Positions 47,762 to 57,161 of a DNA stretch of 64,000 nucleotides are shown one piece after another; positions within the stretch are counted from its first letter, which is position 1, and the number at the start of each line of letters is the position of its first letter. The notes under the pieces are model-generated. The model did not search any database, was not told the origin of the DNA, and was given only the letters and a program-made list of their open reading frames with translations. Source of the DNA: Spirochaetota bacterium (GTDB lineage Bacteria > Spirochaetota > UBA4802 > JAFGDQ01); contig JAZDKB010000035.1 of assembly GCA_043803405.1 (NCBI GenBank), positions 1-64,000 on the forward strand, read 5' to 3'. The translations under genes and the position numbers were made by a program.

Positions 47762-49804
47762 TTAAAGATTAATAGGAAGCGTAATTGTAAATTCAGCGCC
47801 GCCTGTATCCTTATTTCGAACAACAATGCTGCCGTTATGATCTTTTATTATTTTGTTTACAATTGCGAGTCCCAATCCTACGCCGGTAATCTTGGTAGTA
47901 AAAAAAGGCTCATAAATACTTTCCAGGTTGGAATTTTCAATTCCTGTGCCTGTATCGCTTATTATAATTATTATGTTAGATTCATCCGAGTATGTTGCGA
48001 CTTCGATTTCCCCGCCGGAAGGTGTTGCGTCCACTGCATTTTGAAGAAGATTTAATATGACCTGCTTAATCTGGTTCGGGTCCGAATTGGAAAGCGGAAG
48101 GCTGTCCGATAATTTCGTTATAATGCGTATTCTCTTTTCAAAAAAGACATTTTTAAGAAGCTCATTAGTATCTTTTATTATATTATTTATATTATTGAGA
48201 TTTTTTATTAAGGTCTGCGGTTTTGTCAGGTCCATTACATTGGAAAGAATATTTTCCAGTCTTACGGATTCTTTGAGTATTACATCGGCAGCTTTTTTTA
48301 TTTTTTCATTATCATCCGAAATCTGCATAATACGCCTGGCATATCCGCCCATTGTGACAAGAGGATTTCTTATTTCGTGAGCTATATGCGTGGATATCCG
48401 CCCTATTGCAGCAAGCTTTTCCGATTCAATAATCGCGTCCTGCTTGTTTTTTATTTTATCCATCTCCTTTTTTAAAGTCGATACGCTTTGAAAGCTGTCG
48501 ATCAAAAGTGATGCTTGAACCGCAAAGATAGATAAAAGTTCAATGTGATCATTGCTTATAGGAACCTGGTTGAATTTATTGTCCGCGACTATTATCCCTA
48601 TCGGCCTGTTTTCAACTATTAAAGGAACAACAACAAACTCGGCGACATCTATAAAACTTTTTATCTGATCATCTACGTTATTATCGTTCCATGTGTTGAA
48701 TATATGAATGTTTTCCATATTTTTAAACGATTTAACGAAAACATTATCGGATTCAATATCGAATTTTGCATTAACGACTTTTTCCAGTAATTTGCTTCCT
48801 TTCCTCTGGGACATGTTAAAGGTGTTTGCAATATCGGCTGCATCAATCGCGCCCTGAGGCATAGAATTCCATATCTCGATAGCTTCTTCCATGGAGTCCG
48901 GCCCGACCGCTATTTCGCCGGACAGCTTCTTTTTTTTCGCATCTATTAAAAAAAGCATTGCCCTGTTGAATCCAAGCCCGGAACCGGAGGTAATGCCGTA
49001 AAGTATCGTGTATAATATTTTATGAATCTCTTCATCTCTTTGAATTGATCCGGTTATCTGGCTTATCAGGTTTATCTGGTAGTCTTTGCGGCATTTGCTT
49101 GTAATATCATCAATGATCAAAACTATCTGTTCTTCATTCTGCGCGACAATCCTCGATATTTTTATATCGGCAATAACCGACGTCCAGTTTTTAGACAGCA
49201 AATGTATTTTTTCCAGTATAACGGATTTTTCGCTGTTTTTTATTTCATCAATAGAATCTTTCATGTTCTGAGCTACAAAAAGAAATATATCCTCAATGCT
49301 TTTACCGGCAATTTCGTCGAGTTCAAACTGGAATTTTTTACAAAAAATATCGTTTGCATAAATTATCTCTTTTCGCTTATTTAATATAAGCAGATAAGAT
49401 GTAATTGAAAAAATTATATTATTATACAGTTCACGCAACGATTTAATTTCGTCTTTTAAGCTGGTAACAATACTGTCAATATATTTGCCTATTACGGAGA
49501 GATCCTGCGTTAATTTGGAAAGTTCGTCTTTGCCGCTGAACTTTTTTTTCTGGTAGGAAAATTTTCCTTTTTTATATTCAGTTAAAATGTCTTTAATATT
49601 GCTTATTTTATCTATATATATATATTTATAGACGTATATGATCGCCAGACTTTTAATAATAATTATTAAAAATATTATTAATATTGCATAAGCCGGCAAA
49701 TTTATTGATAATTTATCTTTGACATTACAGACTAATAAATATGCAATAATTGCAAAGTCGGATAAAAAGATTAATAATATCTTTAAAGTAGCTTTTATTG
49801 TCAT
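47762..49804 (-). CDS. Membrane sensor histidine kinase (2 TM, HAMP-like, PAS, GAF, HisKA, HATPase)
   Basis: AHEIRNPL, NLLQNA, DTGTG, PFFTTK, GVGLGL; GAF SGLGFNRAMLFL...ADNKF. Confidence 0.93.
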   Translation of the reverse strand: MTIKATLKILLIFLSDFAIIAYLLVCNVKDKLSINLPAYAILIIFLIIIIKSLAIIYVYKYIYIDKISNIKDILTEYKKGKFSYQKKKFSGKDELSKLTQDLSVIGKYIDSIVTSLKDEIKSLRELYNNIIFSITSYLLILNKRKEIIYANDIFCKKFQFELDEIAGKSIEDIFLFVAQNMKDSIDEIKNSEKSVILEKIHLLSKNWTSVIADIKISRIVAQNEEQIVLIIDDITSKCRKDYQINLISQITGSIQRDEEIHKILYTILYGITSGSGLGFNRAMLFLIDAKKKKLSGEIAVGPDSMEEAIEIWNSMPQGAIDAADIANTFNMSQRKGSKLLEKVVNAKFDIESDNVFVKSFKNMENIHIFNTWNDNNVDDQIKSFIDVAEFVVVPLIVENRPIGIIVADNKFNQVPISNDHIELLSIFAVQASLLIDSFQSVSTLKKEMDKIKNKQDAIIESEKLAAIGRISTHIAHEIRNPLVTMGGYARRIMQISDDNEKIKKAADVILKESVRLENILSNVMDLTKPQTLIKNLNNINNIIKDTNELLKNVFFEKRIRIITKLSDSLPLSNSDPNQIKQVILNLLQNAVDATPSGGEIEVATYSDESNIIIIISDTGTGIENSNLESIYEPFFTTKITGVGLGLAIVNKIIKDHNGSIVVRNKDTGGAEFTITLPINL

Positions 49805-49927
49805 TATATTAATTCACATTAATGTTATTGTGCAACTTATTCGGTCTGCAAGACGCGCAGCAATTCTCTTCTTGGAATTCCGTTTTAATATATATTATAA
49901 AAAAGTTTATCAGGAAAACTATACAAT

Positions 49928-50536
49928 ATGAAGCTCGTCATAGCAACAAAAAATAATAATAAGATAAACGAGATTAAACAAAAATTTTCCGATTTTACCG
50001 GATTGGAAATAATTTCATTAACGGATTTCAATAATTTGCCGGACATCCTTGAAGACGGTCTTACATTTGAGGAAAACGCAATAAAAAAGGCTAAGGCATA
50101 TTCCAGGTTTACGGGAGAAACGGTGCTATCGGATGATTCCGGACTGGAGATTGACGCACTTTGTGGCGAGCCCGGAGTTCGCTCAGCCCGGTATTCCGGG
50201 GAAAACGCAAGCGACGATGAAAACAACAGTCTTGTACTTGTAAAGTTAAAAAAAGTGCCCGATAGCAAAAGGACTGCCAGGTTTGTATGCGTTATTGCGA
50301 TTGTACAACCTAATGGCACCCAGTATACTGCAAAAGGAACATGCAATGGAATAATGACGGATAAAAAGGCAGGAAGTAACGGTTTCGGATATGATCCTAT
50401 TTTTTATTTTCCTGATCTGAAGAAAACAATGGCGGAATTATCGCTGGAAGAAAAAAATAAAATCAGCCACAGGGCGGAAGCATTGACCAAAGCTAAAGTA
50501 ATATTAAAAAAAATCATGAACGAACATGTTAAATAA
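49928..50536 (+). CDS. rdgB: Non-canonical purine NTP pyrophosphatase
   Basis: ATKNNNK, DDSGL, PGVRSAR, GFGYDPIF, KNKISHR. Confidence 0.96.
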   Translation: MKLVIATKNNNKINEIKQKFSDFTGLEIISLTDFNNLPDILEDGLTFEENAIKKAKAYSRFTGETVLSDDSGLEIDALCGEPGVRSARYSGENASDDENNSLVLVKLKKVPDSKRTARFVCVIAIVQPNGTQYTAKGTCNGIMTDKKAGSNGFGYDPIFYFPDLKKTMAELSLEEKNKISHRAEALTKAKVILKKIMNEHVK

Positions 50537-50553
50537 CAGCCAGTTTTTCTGTT

Positions 50554-51003
50554 TTACTTATTGCCTGGAAATATTTGCTTTAAATTTTTATGAATAAATT
50601 CATTAAGGCCTTTATCGTAAAAAACATATACAATAAAAATAACCCATAATATTAAAGTCACAATGCACATAAATTTAAGCAGTCTTCCTGCTCCGACTTC
50701 ATCGGATTTATAGAACACAATAACCAGGCTCAGCGGCCACAAAAAAAATAAATTCGTAAAAATGATCGCTGTAAGTTCGGTTAAAAAATTAATTGCAACT
50801 TTATGCCAGGCGGTTGCGCCAATAAAGGATGCATATCCTTTGGATATCTCTTCAAAAAAGAACCAAATATAAAAACCAAGGATAAGTGTCGCTACTATTT
50901 TCCAGAATATTTCAATATTCCGCCTGAACCATAAGAGCATTATTCCTATAGTCCAGAGTCCAATGAACATGAATATGGATTTTATAAGTATTGGCTTATC
51001 CAT
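50554..51003 (-). CDS. Hypothetical membrane protein (about 4 TMs)
   Basis: Hydrophobic helices; no named family. Confidence 0.75.
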   Translation of the reverse strand: MDKPILIKSIFMFIGLWTIGIMLLWFRRNIEIFWKIVATLILGFYIWFFFEEISKGYASFIGATAWHKVAINFLTELTAIIFTNLFFLWPLSLVIVFYKSDEVGAGRLLKFMCIVTLILWVIFIVYVFYDKGLNEFIHKNLKQIFPGNK

Positions 51004-51156
51004 GGATTTTTCTCTTGTATTTTAGGCAACTGAATGTATTTTATTTATCTTTATTGATTTTATTTTTTAGCAAAAAGATATTCAATGTCAACTGAAAAAC
51101 AAAAAATGGTTTCGGGACGCATCCTTAATATAATTTTCGACACATACTCTTAGATA

Positions 51157-51576
51157 ATGATGAAAAAGTATATCATAATAATATTATTCTCCCTCTTAAC
51201 AATGTGCGGAAGAAATTATAAATTAGACAGCTGCGCCTATAATTATTTCATTTCTATTGGGGAAAATATCAGTATTAATAAATCTGAAGCAATCGCCGCC
51301 GTATCATCAGTATTGAATTACAGCAAAGAATCCCCATTTTTAATTGAGATAATAATATTCGGTTATTCATCAGGGAAAGAGGTATTTTTATATTTGGAAG
51401 ATAAACAGGAAAATATGCAGATAAAATCATATTCAGGGAGAATTAATGCTCTTGTTAAAATAAAGCAGAATAATAAATTAGTGAACAGTATTCTTTTAAA
51501 CTCAACAGGGAACAGCAAAGAAGAATTGCTGCAGGGTTTATCAAAAGAGCTTCGAAAAGCGCTCTGTAATAAATAA
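51157..51576 (+). CDS. Putative lipoprotein
   Basis: MKKYIIIILFSLLTMC signal/lipobox-like sequence. Confidence 0.65.
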   Translation: MMKKYIIIILFSLLTMCGRNYKLDSCAYNYFISIGENISINKSEAIAAVSSVLNYSKESPFLIEIIIFGYSSGKEVFLYLEDKQENMQIKSYSGRINALVKIKQNNKLVNSILLNSTGNSKEELLQGLSKELRKALCNK

Positions 51577-51580
51577 ATTA

Positions 51581-52582
51581 TTATTTCTGCTTATTCATGG
51601 CAAGCTTATATGCAAGTTTAATTGCTTCAAGCATACTTTTATAGTTTGCTTTGTTTTGCCCGGCAATATCAAAGGCAGTACCGTGATCCGGAGATGTCCT
51701 TACAATCGACAATCCGAGAGTGACGTTTATGCCGGATTCGAAAGCAAGCGCTTTAAAGGGTATCAATCCCTGGTCGTGATAATGCGCAATCGCAAGATTA
51801 TATGTTTTCCATTTTTGCGGAGTGAAAAGGGTATCGGCCGCGAACGGGCCTTCTATGTTAATACCTTCTTTTGCCGCTTTCTCGACAACCATTCTGGTTA
51901 TATCAGCGTCAAATGTCCCGATTGCTCCTTCGTCTCCGCAATGCGGATCCAGCCCGGCAACGGCGATCCTGACATTGCTTTTCCCGTCCAATAATTTAAT
52001 CGCTTTATATCCTGCTTTAATTGTGTTATATATTTTTTCAGCAGTGATTGATTTGAATATATCTTTTACAGGGATATGGGTTGTAACGAGCAAAACCCTG
52101 TAATCGGCTGAATACATCATCATGTACGGATTTTCTTCGTTAATAAGATCCGCGATGTATTCCGTATGCCCCGAAAAATGGAAACCGGTCTTTTCTATTA
52201 AGGCTTTGCTTACGGGACCAGTTACGACTGCGTCAATAACTCCTTTTTTCCATAAGCCGACAGCTTCGTCTATATATGTTTTTGATTCAAGTCCGGTGCC
52301 GGCACTGCCTTTCCCGGGAGACGGGACAGGATTATTTGAATAAATATTTAAAAGATATTTGCTTCCGGCAGGAATTTTGAGAGAACTGATTTCATCAGGT
52401 CGGATTGTTTTATATTCTTTTAAAAGTGCAGAGTAATGCTTTTGCAGCACTTCAGCGCGTGCAATAACAACCGGAACAATATCGAGACCGGATAATTCGT
52501 TAATTGCATTTAACGTGACTTCCGGGCCAATACCTGCCGGGTCTCCTATTGTTATTCCGATTTTTATAACAGGTTTACTCAA
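51581..52582 (-). CDS. pdxA: 4-hydroxythreonine-4-phosphate dehydrogenase
   Basis: GDPAGIGPE, GHTE, TTHIP, PHCG, YHDQGLIP, RTSPDHGTAFDIAG. Confidence 0.95.
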   Translation of the reverse strand: MSKPVIKIGITIGDPAGIGPEVTLNAINELSGLDIVPVVIARAEVLQKHYSALLKEYKTIRPDEISSLKIPAGSKYLLNIYSNNPVPSPGKGSAGTGLESKTYIDEAVGLWKKGVIDAVVTGPVSKALIEKTGFHFSGHTEYIADLINEENPYMMMYSADYRVLLVTTHIPVKDIFKSITAEKIYNTIKAGYKAIKLLDGKSNVRIAVAGLDPHCGDEGAIGTFDADITRMVVEKAAKEGINIEGPFAADTLFTPQKWKTYNLAIAHYHDQGLIPFKALAFESGINVTLGLSIVRTSPDHGTAFDIAGQNKANYKSMLEAIKLAYKLAMNKQK

Positions 52583-52994
52583 GAAATTCTGCGGGAATTA
52601 TTTTGTTTTTTTGATATTCAGTATCAATCAGGGTTTTTGCAGATGACTTCAGGTCATTCGATATTGCGCATCTTCCCTCAAGAATTACTCCTTTTTGAAT
52701 GATAAGCTCAGGTGTTTTAATATCACCAAGAATTTTTGCGGTAGGCATTAAAAGTACCCTGTTGGTAGCGTTGATGTTTCCTATTACAAGGCCTTCAATA
52801 ATTACCGATATTGCATTTATATTTGTCTTTATTTTGCCGTTTGGCCCGATGTACAGCTGTTCCGCCTGAAGGTACTTCCCTTCAAAACGGCCGTCAATAC
52901 GAAGCGATCCATTAATATGAAAGTTACCTGTAAAATAAGAATTTTCTCCAATTACATTATTGGATATATCCCCGCCGCTTTTTGCTAAGGCCAT
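52575..52994 (-). CDS. Bactofilin (polymer-forming cytoskeletal protein)
   Basis: VIGENSYFTG..LRIDGRFEG...IEGLVIGNI...GDI beta-helix pattern. Confidence 0.92.
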   Translation of the reverse strand: MALAKSGGDISNNVIGENSYFTGNFHINGSLRIDGRFEGKYLQAEQLYIGPNGKIKTNINAISVIIEGLVIGNINATNRVLLMPTAKILGDIKTPELIIQKGVILEGRCAISNDLKSSAKTLIDTEYQKNKIIPAEFLE

Positions 52995-53124
52995 TTTTCC
53001 CTCTAATTGTTTTGCTGTAAAAGAATGCCGTATTTATATTGAAATCGGCTATTTTTGAAATTTATTAATGCTGGTAAATAAACAAATTTTTATTTTATTG
53101 TCAAGATCAATTTGCCGGTAACTT

Positions 53125-53907
53125 TTACTTTATATTAGGTATGTTAATTAAATCCAATGCTTCATGAATAAATTCCAGCATGTTTTTAAGCGCGTTAATT
53201 ACAGTCCAGTTTTCAAATGTCGCATATTCTTCATAATCAGCATATTTTATAAGATCGTCCGGATTTAAAATCATATTTCCTCCGGATTCATGATTCGCAA
53301 TTAAATTTGAAATAAACAGTTTGACTGATTTAAAGAATTGATGGATCTCAAACAGGAAAAGACGCCCGTGGCGAACTCTCATTAAATTAAGCTGACTAAG
53401 GTATTCCGATGATCTTACTTTCTCAATATCGTCTATAGTTTGACAAAATGTTTTAAACGCCCTGTTACATTCGTCAAGTTTCCTGTAAAGAGAATCTCTT
53501 TCTCCTGAATTGGAAAAATCGAGTTTTGTATGCTGGTCGGTAATAACCACCCAGATTTTCTCTTCAAAAAATTTCATTATACTGGCAGCCTGATTTATTT
53601 CCAGATCTTCTTTATAACTGGAAAAAATATTAACTGTAATATCTTTTAAATGTTTATAAATGGTCAAAGATTTTACATCTTTAGGCGGCATAGCCATTAT
53701 GCTCGCAAAAACGGCATTTTCCACTTCTTTTAAATCTGAATTAGGAAACATTTCGCCGAGTTTTAATCTAAGTTGTTTTAAATCTTTTCTTACCCGTGAT
53801 TTCTGAATATCGTCACTGGATGTTTTGAAAACACTTTCCAGCAATTTTATTGATTTTACAATTTCTATCGATTTTTTATTTTTATCTTCCATTTCCATTA
53901 TGCTCAA
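53125..53907 (-). CDS. Conserved-looking hypothetical protein
   Basis: 260-aa helical ORF upstream of bactofilin on the same strand; no family named. Confidence 0.7.
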   Translation of the reverse strand: MSIMEMEDKNKKSIEIVKSIKLLESVFKTSSDDIQKSRVRKDLKQLRLKLGEMFPNSDLKEVENAVFASIMAMPPKDVKSLTIYKHLKDITVNIFSSYKEDLEINQAASIMKFFEEKIWVVITDQHTKLDFSNSGERDSLYRKLDECNRAFKTFCQTIDDIEKVRSSEYLSQLNLMRVRHGRLFLFEIHQFFKSVKLFISNLIANHESGGNMILNPDDLIKYADYEEYATFENWTVINALKNMLEFIHEALDLINIPNIK

Positions 53908-54021
53908 ATTAGAACTAAAAAGACCTGCGAGAATTTTTAATTAATATAACCTTTATAATTTATTTGATGTAAAAATTTCAATAATAATTTGTTTTAATTA
54001 TCAGACAAAATTATGTCTTAA

Positions 54022-54999
54022 ATGTTATTAGTTTGCTTCCGAATATATAATATGACTATCCGGAGACAAAATTCAATTAAAATAATTAAAACAATATTGC
54101 TGTCATCTTATTTTATATTTTTTAGCCTGACTGCTGCTTTTACAGTTGAGTCCAGATCAGTATCCATCGATTTTTTAGATAGTGTTGACATTCAAAATGA
54201 AAAAATACAATTGATCAGACAGGATATCAGAAAAACAATTGTTTTAATAAAAAAAAGAGGCGAGGCGGAAAATTTACCTGAGCTTAAATTTTTTAAATAT
54301 AAAGTTAAGCCAAAAGAGAACTTCTGGAAAATACTGACAAAGACCTCGCTGAACATTGACACGCTTTCTACAATAAATGCCCTCTCATCGCCGCTTGATA
54401 TTTTTCCAGGAAAAGAAATATTTATCCCAAACATGAGAGGCATAATATATAAAGTTAATAAAAATGACAGTATTGAGACTATTTCAAAAAAATTTAACAT
54501 TGACTCAGTGTATATTTCAAAAGTAAACAAAATTTCTAATAATAATATCTATAAAGAATATTTATTTATTCCTTCAGGTGAAACATCAAATATTGAACGA
54601 TCTCTTTTCCTCGGAGTCGGATTTGGGAGCCCGTTAAAAAATTACATAAGAACATCCAGTTTCGGCAGAAGACTTGATCCGTTTAACAAGCATTCGGAAT
54701 TCCACACAGGACTGGATTTAGCATGTCCGATCGGCTCAAACGTATATGCTGCAAGAAAAGGGAAAGCCGTTTTCAGCGGATACAACGGCGGATACGGACT
54801 TTTACTCATACTTAAACATGAACACGGATATTCGACCTATTACGGACATTTAAAAAAAGTATTAATTAAAGCCGGGGACGTTGTGGAAAGAGGCGATATT
54901 ATTGCCGTCTCGGGAGATAGTGGAAGATCAACCGGCCCTCATCTGCATTTTGAAGTACGGAAAGAATCAAGGCCAGTCAATCCCGGAGTTTTGTTGTAG
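54022..54999 (+). CDS. LysM + M23 peptidase
   Basis: Two LysM-like repeats (YKVK, YKVN); HTGLD and STGPHLHFEV; start may be ATG 54052. Confidence 0.93.
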   Translation: MLLVCFRIYNMTIRRQNSIKIIKTILLSSYFIFFSLTAAFTVESRSVSIDFLDSVDIQNEKIQLIRQDIRKTIVLIKKRGEAENLPELKFFKYKVKPKENFWKILTKTSLNIDTLSTINALSSPLDIFPGKEIFIPNMRGIIYKVNKNDSIETISKKFNIDSVYISKVNKISNNNIYKEYLFIPSGETSNIERSLFLGVGFGSPLKNYIRTSSFGRRLDPFNKHSEFHTGLDLACPIGSNVYAARKGKAVFSGYNGGYGLLLILKHEHGYSTYYGHLKKVLIKAGDVVERGDIIAVSGDSGRSTGPHLHFEVRKESRPVNPGVLL

Positions 55000-55079
55000 A
55001 GTCCGCACATCAGGTTTAAAACCTGCTTTTTTATATTTGATCAAGTAATAATTGCCGAGCAGTACTCAGTAAATTAATT

Positions 55080-57158
55080 TCAGTCAATGATGTCAATTAA
55101 TGTCAGCAAATCATTTCCGTCTTCCGGATATTCTGCGATAAGAAAAGTAATCAATAACTGCATTTCATTCCTGGTAAATCTCAGCATAAATTCGTTTCTG
55201 ATTGTATTCGAAAACTGCATGGCGAATTTTTTGTCTTTTCCAGGAAAAACTATCAGTATTTTATTCCTGTCGTACCTGGCTGAAAAATCAGTTTCGGATA
55301 ATCTGGATTTAATTAAGTCAGATAAATTATCGAATAATTCTTTAGCTTTTGCATAACCGAAAATATTCCCGTACCGCTTGTAATTTTTAATTGAAAAAAT
55401 CGATATAGCCAGCGGAATTGACAGATTTTTACAGTTCTCCAGTTCTGAATTAATACGGGTGAAAAGAACATCAATATTATCTGTATATTTGTTTTTATCA
55501 GAATCAATAAGCATAATATTAATAAGATTTGAAAAAATCATTTTTACGAATTTTTTAAGTTTATTGTCTTTTATGATATCTGAATCATCTTTTAAAATAT
55601 CTTCATTTACCTTATAAATTGTAACGAAACCCATTAATTTATTGCCAAGTGTAAAAGGAAAAATCCAAAGTAAGGACATTCTTTTTATATCTTTATCTGT
55701 GAATACACTTTTAACCGTTTCAGATATGTTAAAATCATCTATTCTACTATTGTGGCTGTTTTTTGATTTAATAAATATAATAAAAGGATTTGTTCCATTT
55801 ATTAATAATTCCGGATTATGTATTTCCTCTTTTCCTGTAATAACCGGAATATAGTTATCCTTTAGCTGATCGTTTATAAATACCGAAAAACTGGTTATTC
55901 CCTGTTTTTCAAATTCCGATATTATAATATCTTTTATATTTTTTAAGCTGTTTTTAGTAATGATCTTTTCCTGCAAATCATCGAGCTGCTGAAAAAAATC
56001 GAGTTCTGTTTTTGAGCTTTCATTCTCTGTTCTAAATTTTTCAAGAGTATTAATCTTATTTAATTCTACAGCAGAAGCTTCACATACAGCCTGAATAAAA
56101 TCTTTGTCCTCAACGGAATAATCATTATCAGTAATTTTATTGCCAAGCGCCAAAATACCCAATACTTTGCCTTTATAAAACCACGGGCACAGCAATCTGA
56201 AACCTGTCGAGCTGAGTTCCTGATAATATTTTTCGTAATCCTGCTTGTCCCTGTAATCCTCAATATCTGTTATATCTTTTTTTACAGATTTTAATATCCC
56301 GTCAGATGCATTATAAGAAATAGTTCGCTCTCCGGATTTCAATCCAATTGAAGAAACAATTATCCATTTATCTTCCTCAGGATTTTTTATCATTATAGAG
56401 GCATTAGAGGTGCCTAGCTGTCCCATAACAGAAAATATTACAATTTCGAAAAGTGCTTTCCTGCTCTCGGATCTTGATATTTCTTTTCCTACTTCATATA
56501 AAGTTGTATTTTCTTTACAGCCTCTTTGGGAAAAATTGCCTAAAGGAGCATCGTTTAAATTACTGATATTATTAAAATCCTGTTCAGATTCATCTTCTTC
56601 AATAGAGAAATTTTCCTTTAGATTATTATGCAGCTCATAAGATGATTCTGTTACTGGATCTTTATCTGCCGAATTATCATCGGATAAAATATAGGGTTCA
56701 ATTTCCGGAATTTCTTTTTTAATTTCAGGCATTATGTTCTTAGTATCGTTTTTATCGACACCGACAATGACTTCAATATCCCTAGGGAAAACCGGTTCGT
56801 CTTCCATTGATAATAATCTCGGATCTAATTTCTCAAGACTGACAGTTTTACTTATTTTTTTCTCGCTAATCTCCTTATTTGCCGTAGTTTTATCCGGAAA
56901 GCTTTCCGTTCTGTTTTTTTGTATTTTAAGCGCATTTAAAGGGGAGTAATTGTCTTCTTTTGGAAGTTCAAAAAGATCATCACTTATATCGACTCCAATA
57001 TCCTCTAAAGGTTCATTTGCATTTTCATCTGTTTCCGATGAAATTAACTCATTAAGCATTTCAGTTTCAGCCGGGCCTTTAATCGTATCGATTAATGTTG
57101 CCTTACCTTTGCGGTTTATTTCTTTTTTATATTCAAAAGCTTTTTCTAGCAGACCCAT
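55080..57158 (-). CDS. GAF-domain protein with degenerate C-terminal GGDEF-like domain
   Basis: GAF (GILALGNKI..DYSVEDKDF); C-terminal NYKRYGNIFG...DFSARYDRNKILIVFP...YPEDG. Confidence 0.75.
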   Translation of the reverse strand: MGLLEKAFEYKKEINRKGKATLIDTIKGPAETEMLNELISSETDENANEPLEDIGVDISDDLFELPKEDNYSPLNALKIQKNRTESFPDKTTANKEISEKKISKTVSLEKLDPRLLSMEDEPVFPRDIEVIVGVDKNDTKNIMPEIKKEIPEIEPYILSDDNSADKDPVTESSYELHNNLKENFSIEEDESEQDFNNISNLNDAPLGNFSQRGCKENTTLYEVGKEISRSESRKALFEIVIFSVMGQLGTSNASIMIKNPEEDKWIIVSSIGLKSGERTISYNASDGILKSVKKDITDIEDYRDKQDYEKYYQELSSTGFRLLCPWFYKGKVLGILALGNKITDNDYSVEDKDFIQAVCEASAVELNKINTLEKFRTENESSKTELDFFQQLDDLQEKIITKNSLKNIKDIIISEFEKQGITSFSVFINDQLKDNYIPVITGKEEIHNPELLINGTNPFIIFIKSKNSHNSRIDDFNISETVKSVFTDKDIKRMSLLWIFPFTLGNKLMGFVTIYKVNEDILKDDSDIIKDNKLKKFVKMIFSNLINIMLIDSDKNKYTDNIDVLFTRINSELENCKNLSIPLAISIFSIKNYKRYGNIFGYAKAKELFDNLSDLIKSRLSETDFSARYDRNKILIVFPGKDKKFAMQFSNTIRNEFMLRFTRNEMQLLITFLIAEYPEDGNDLLTLIDIID

Positions 57159-57161
57159 CTT

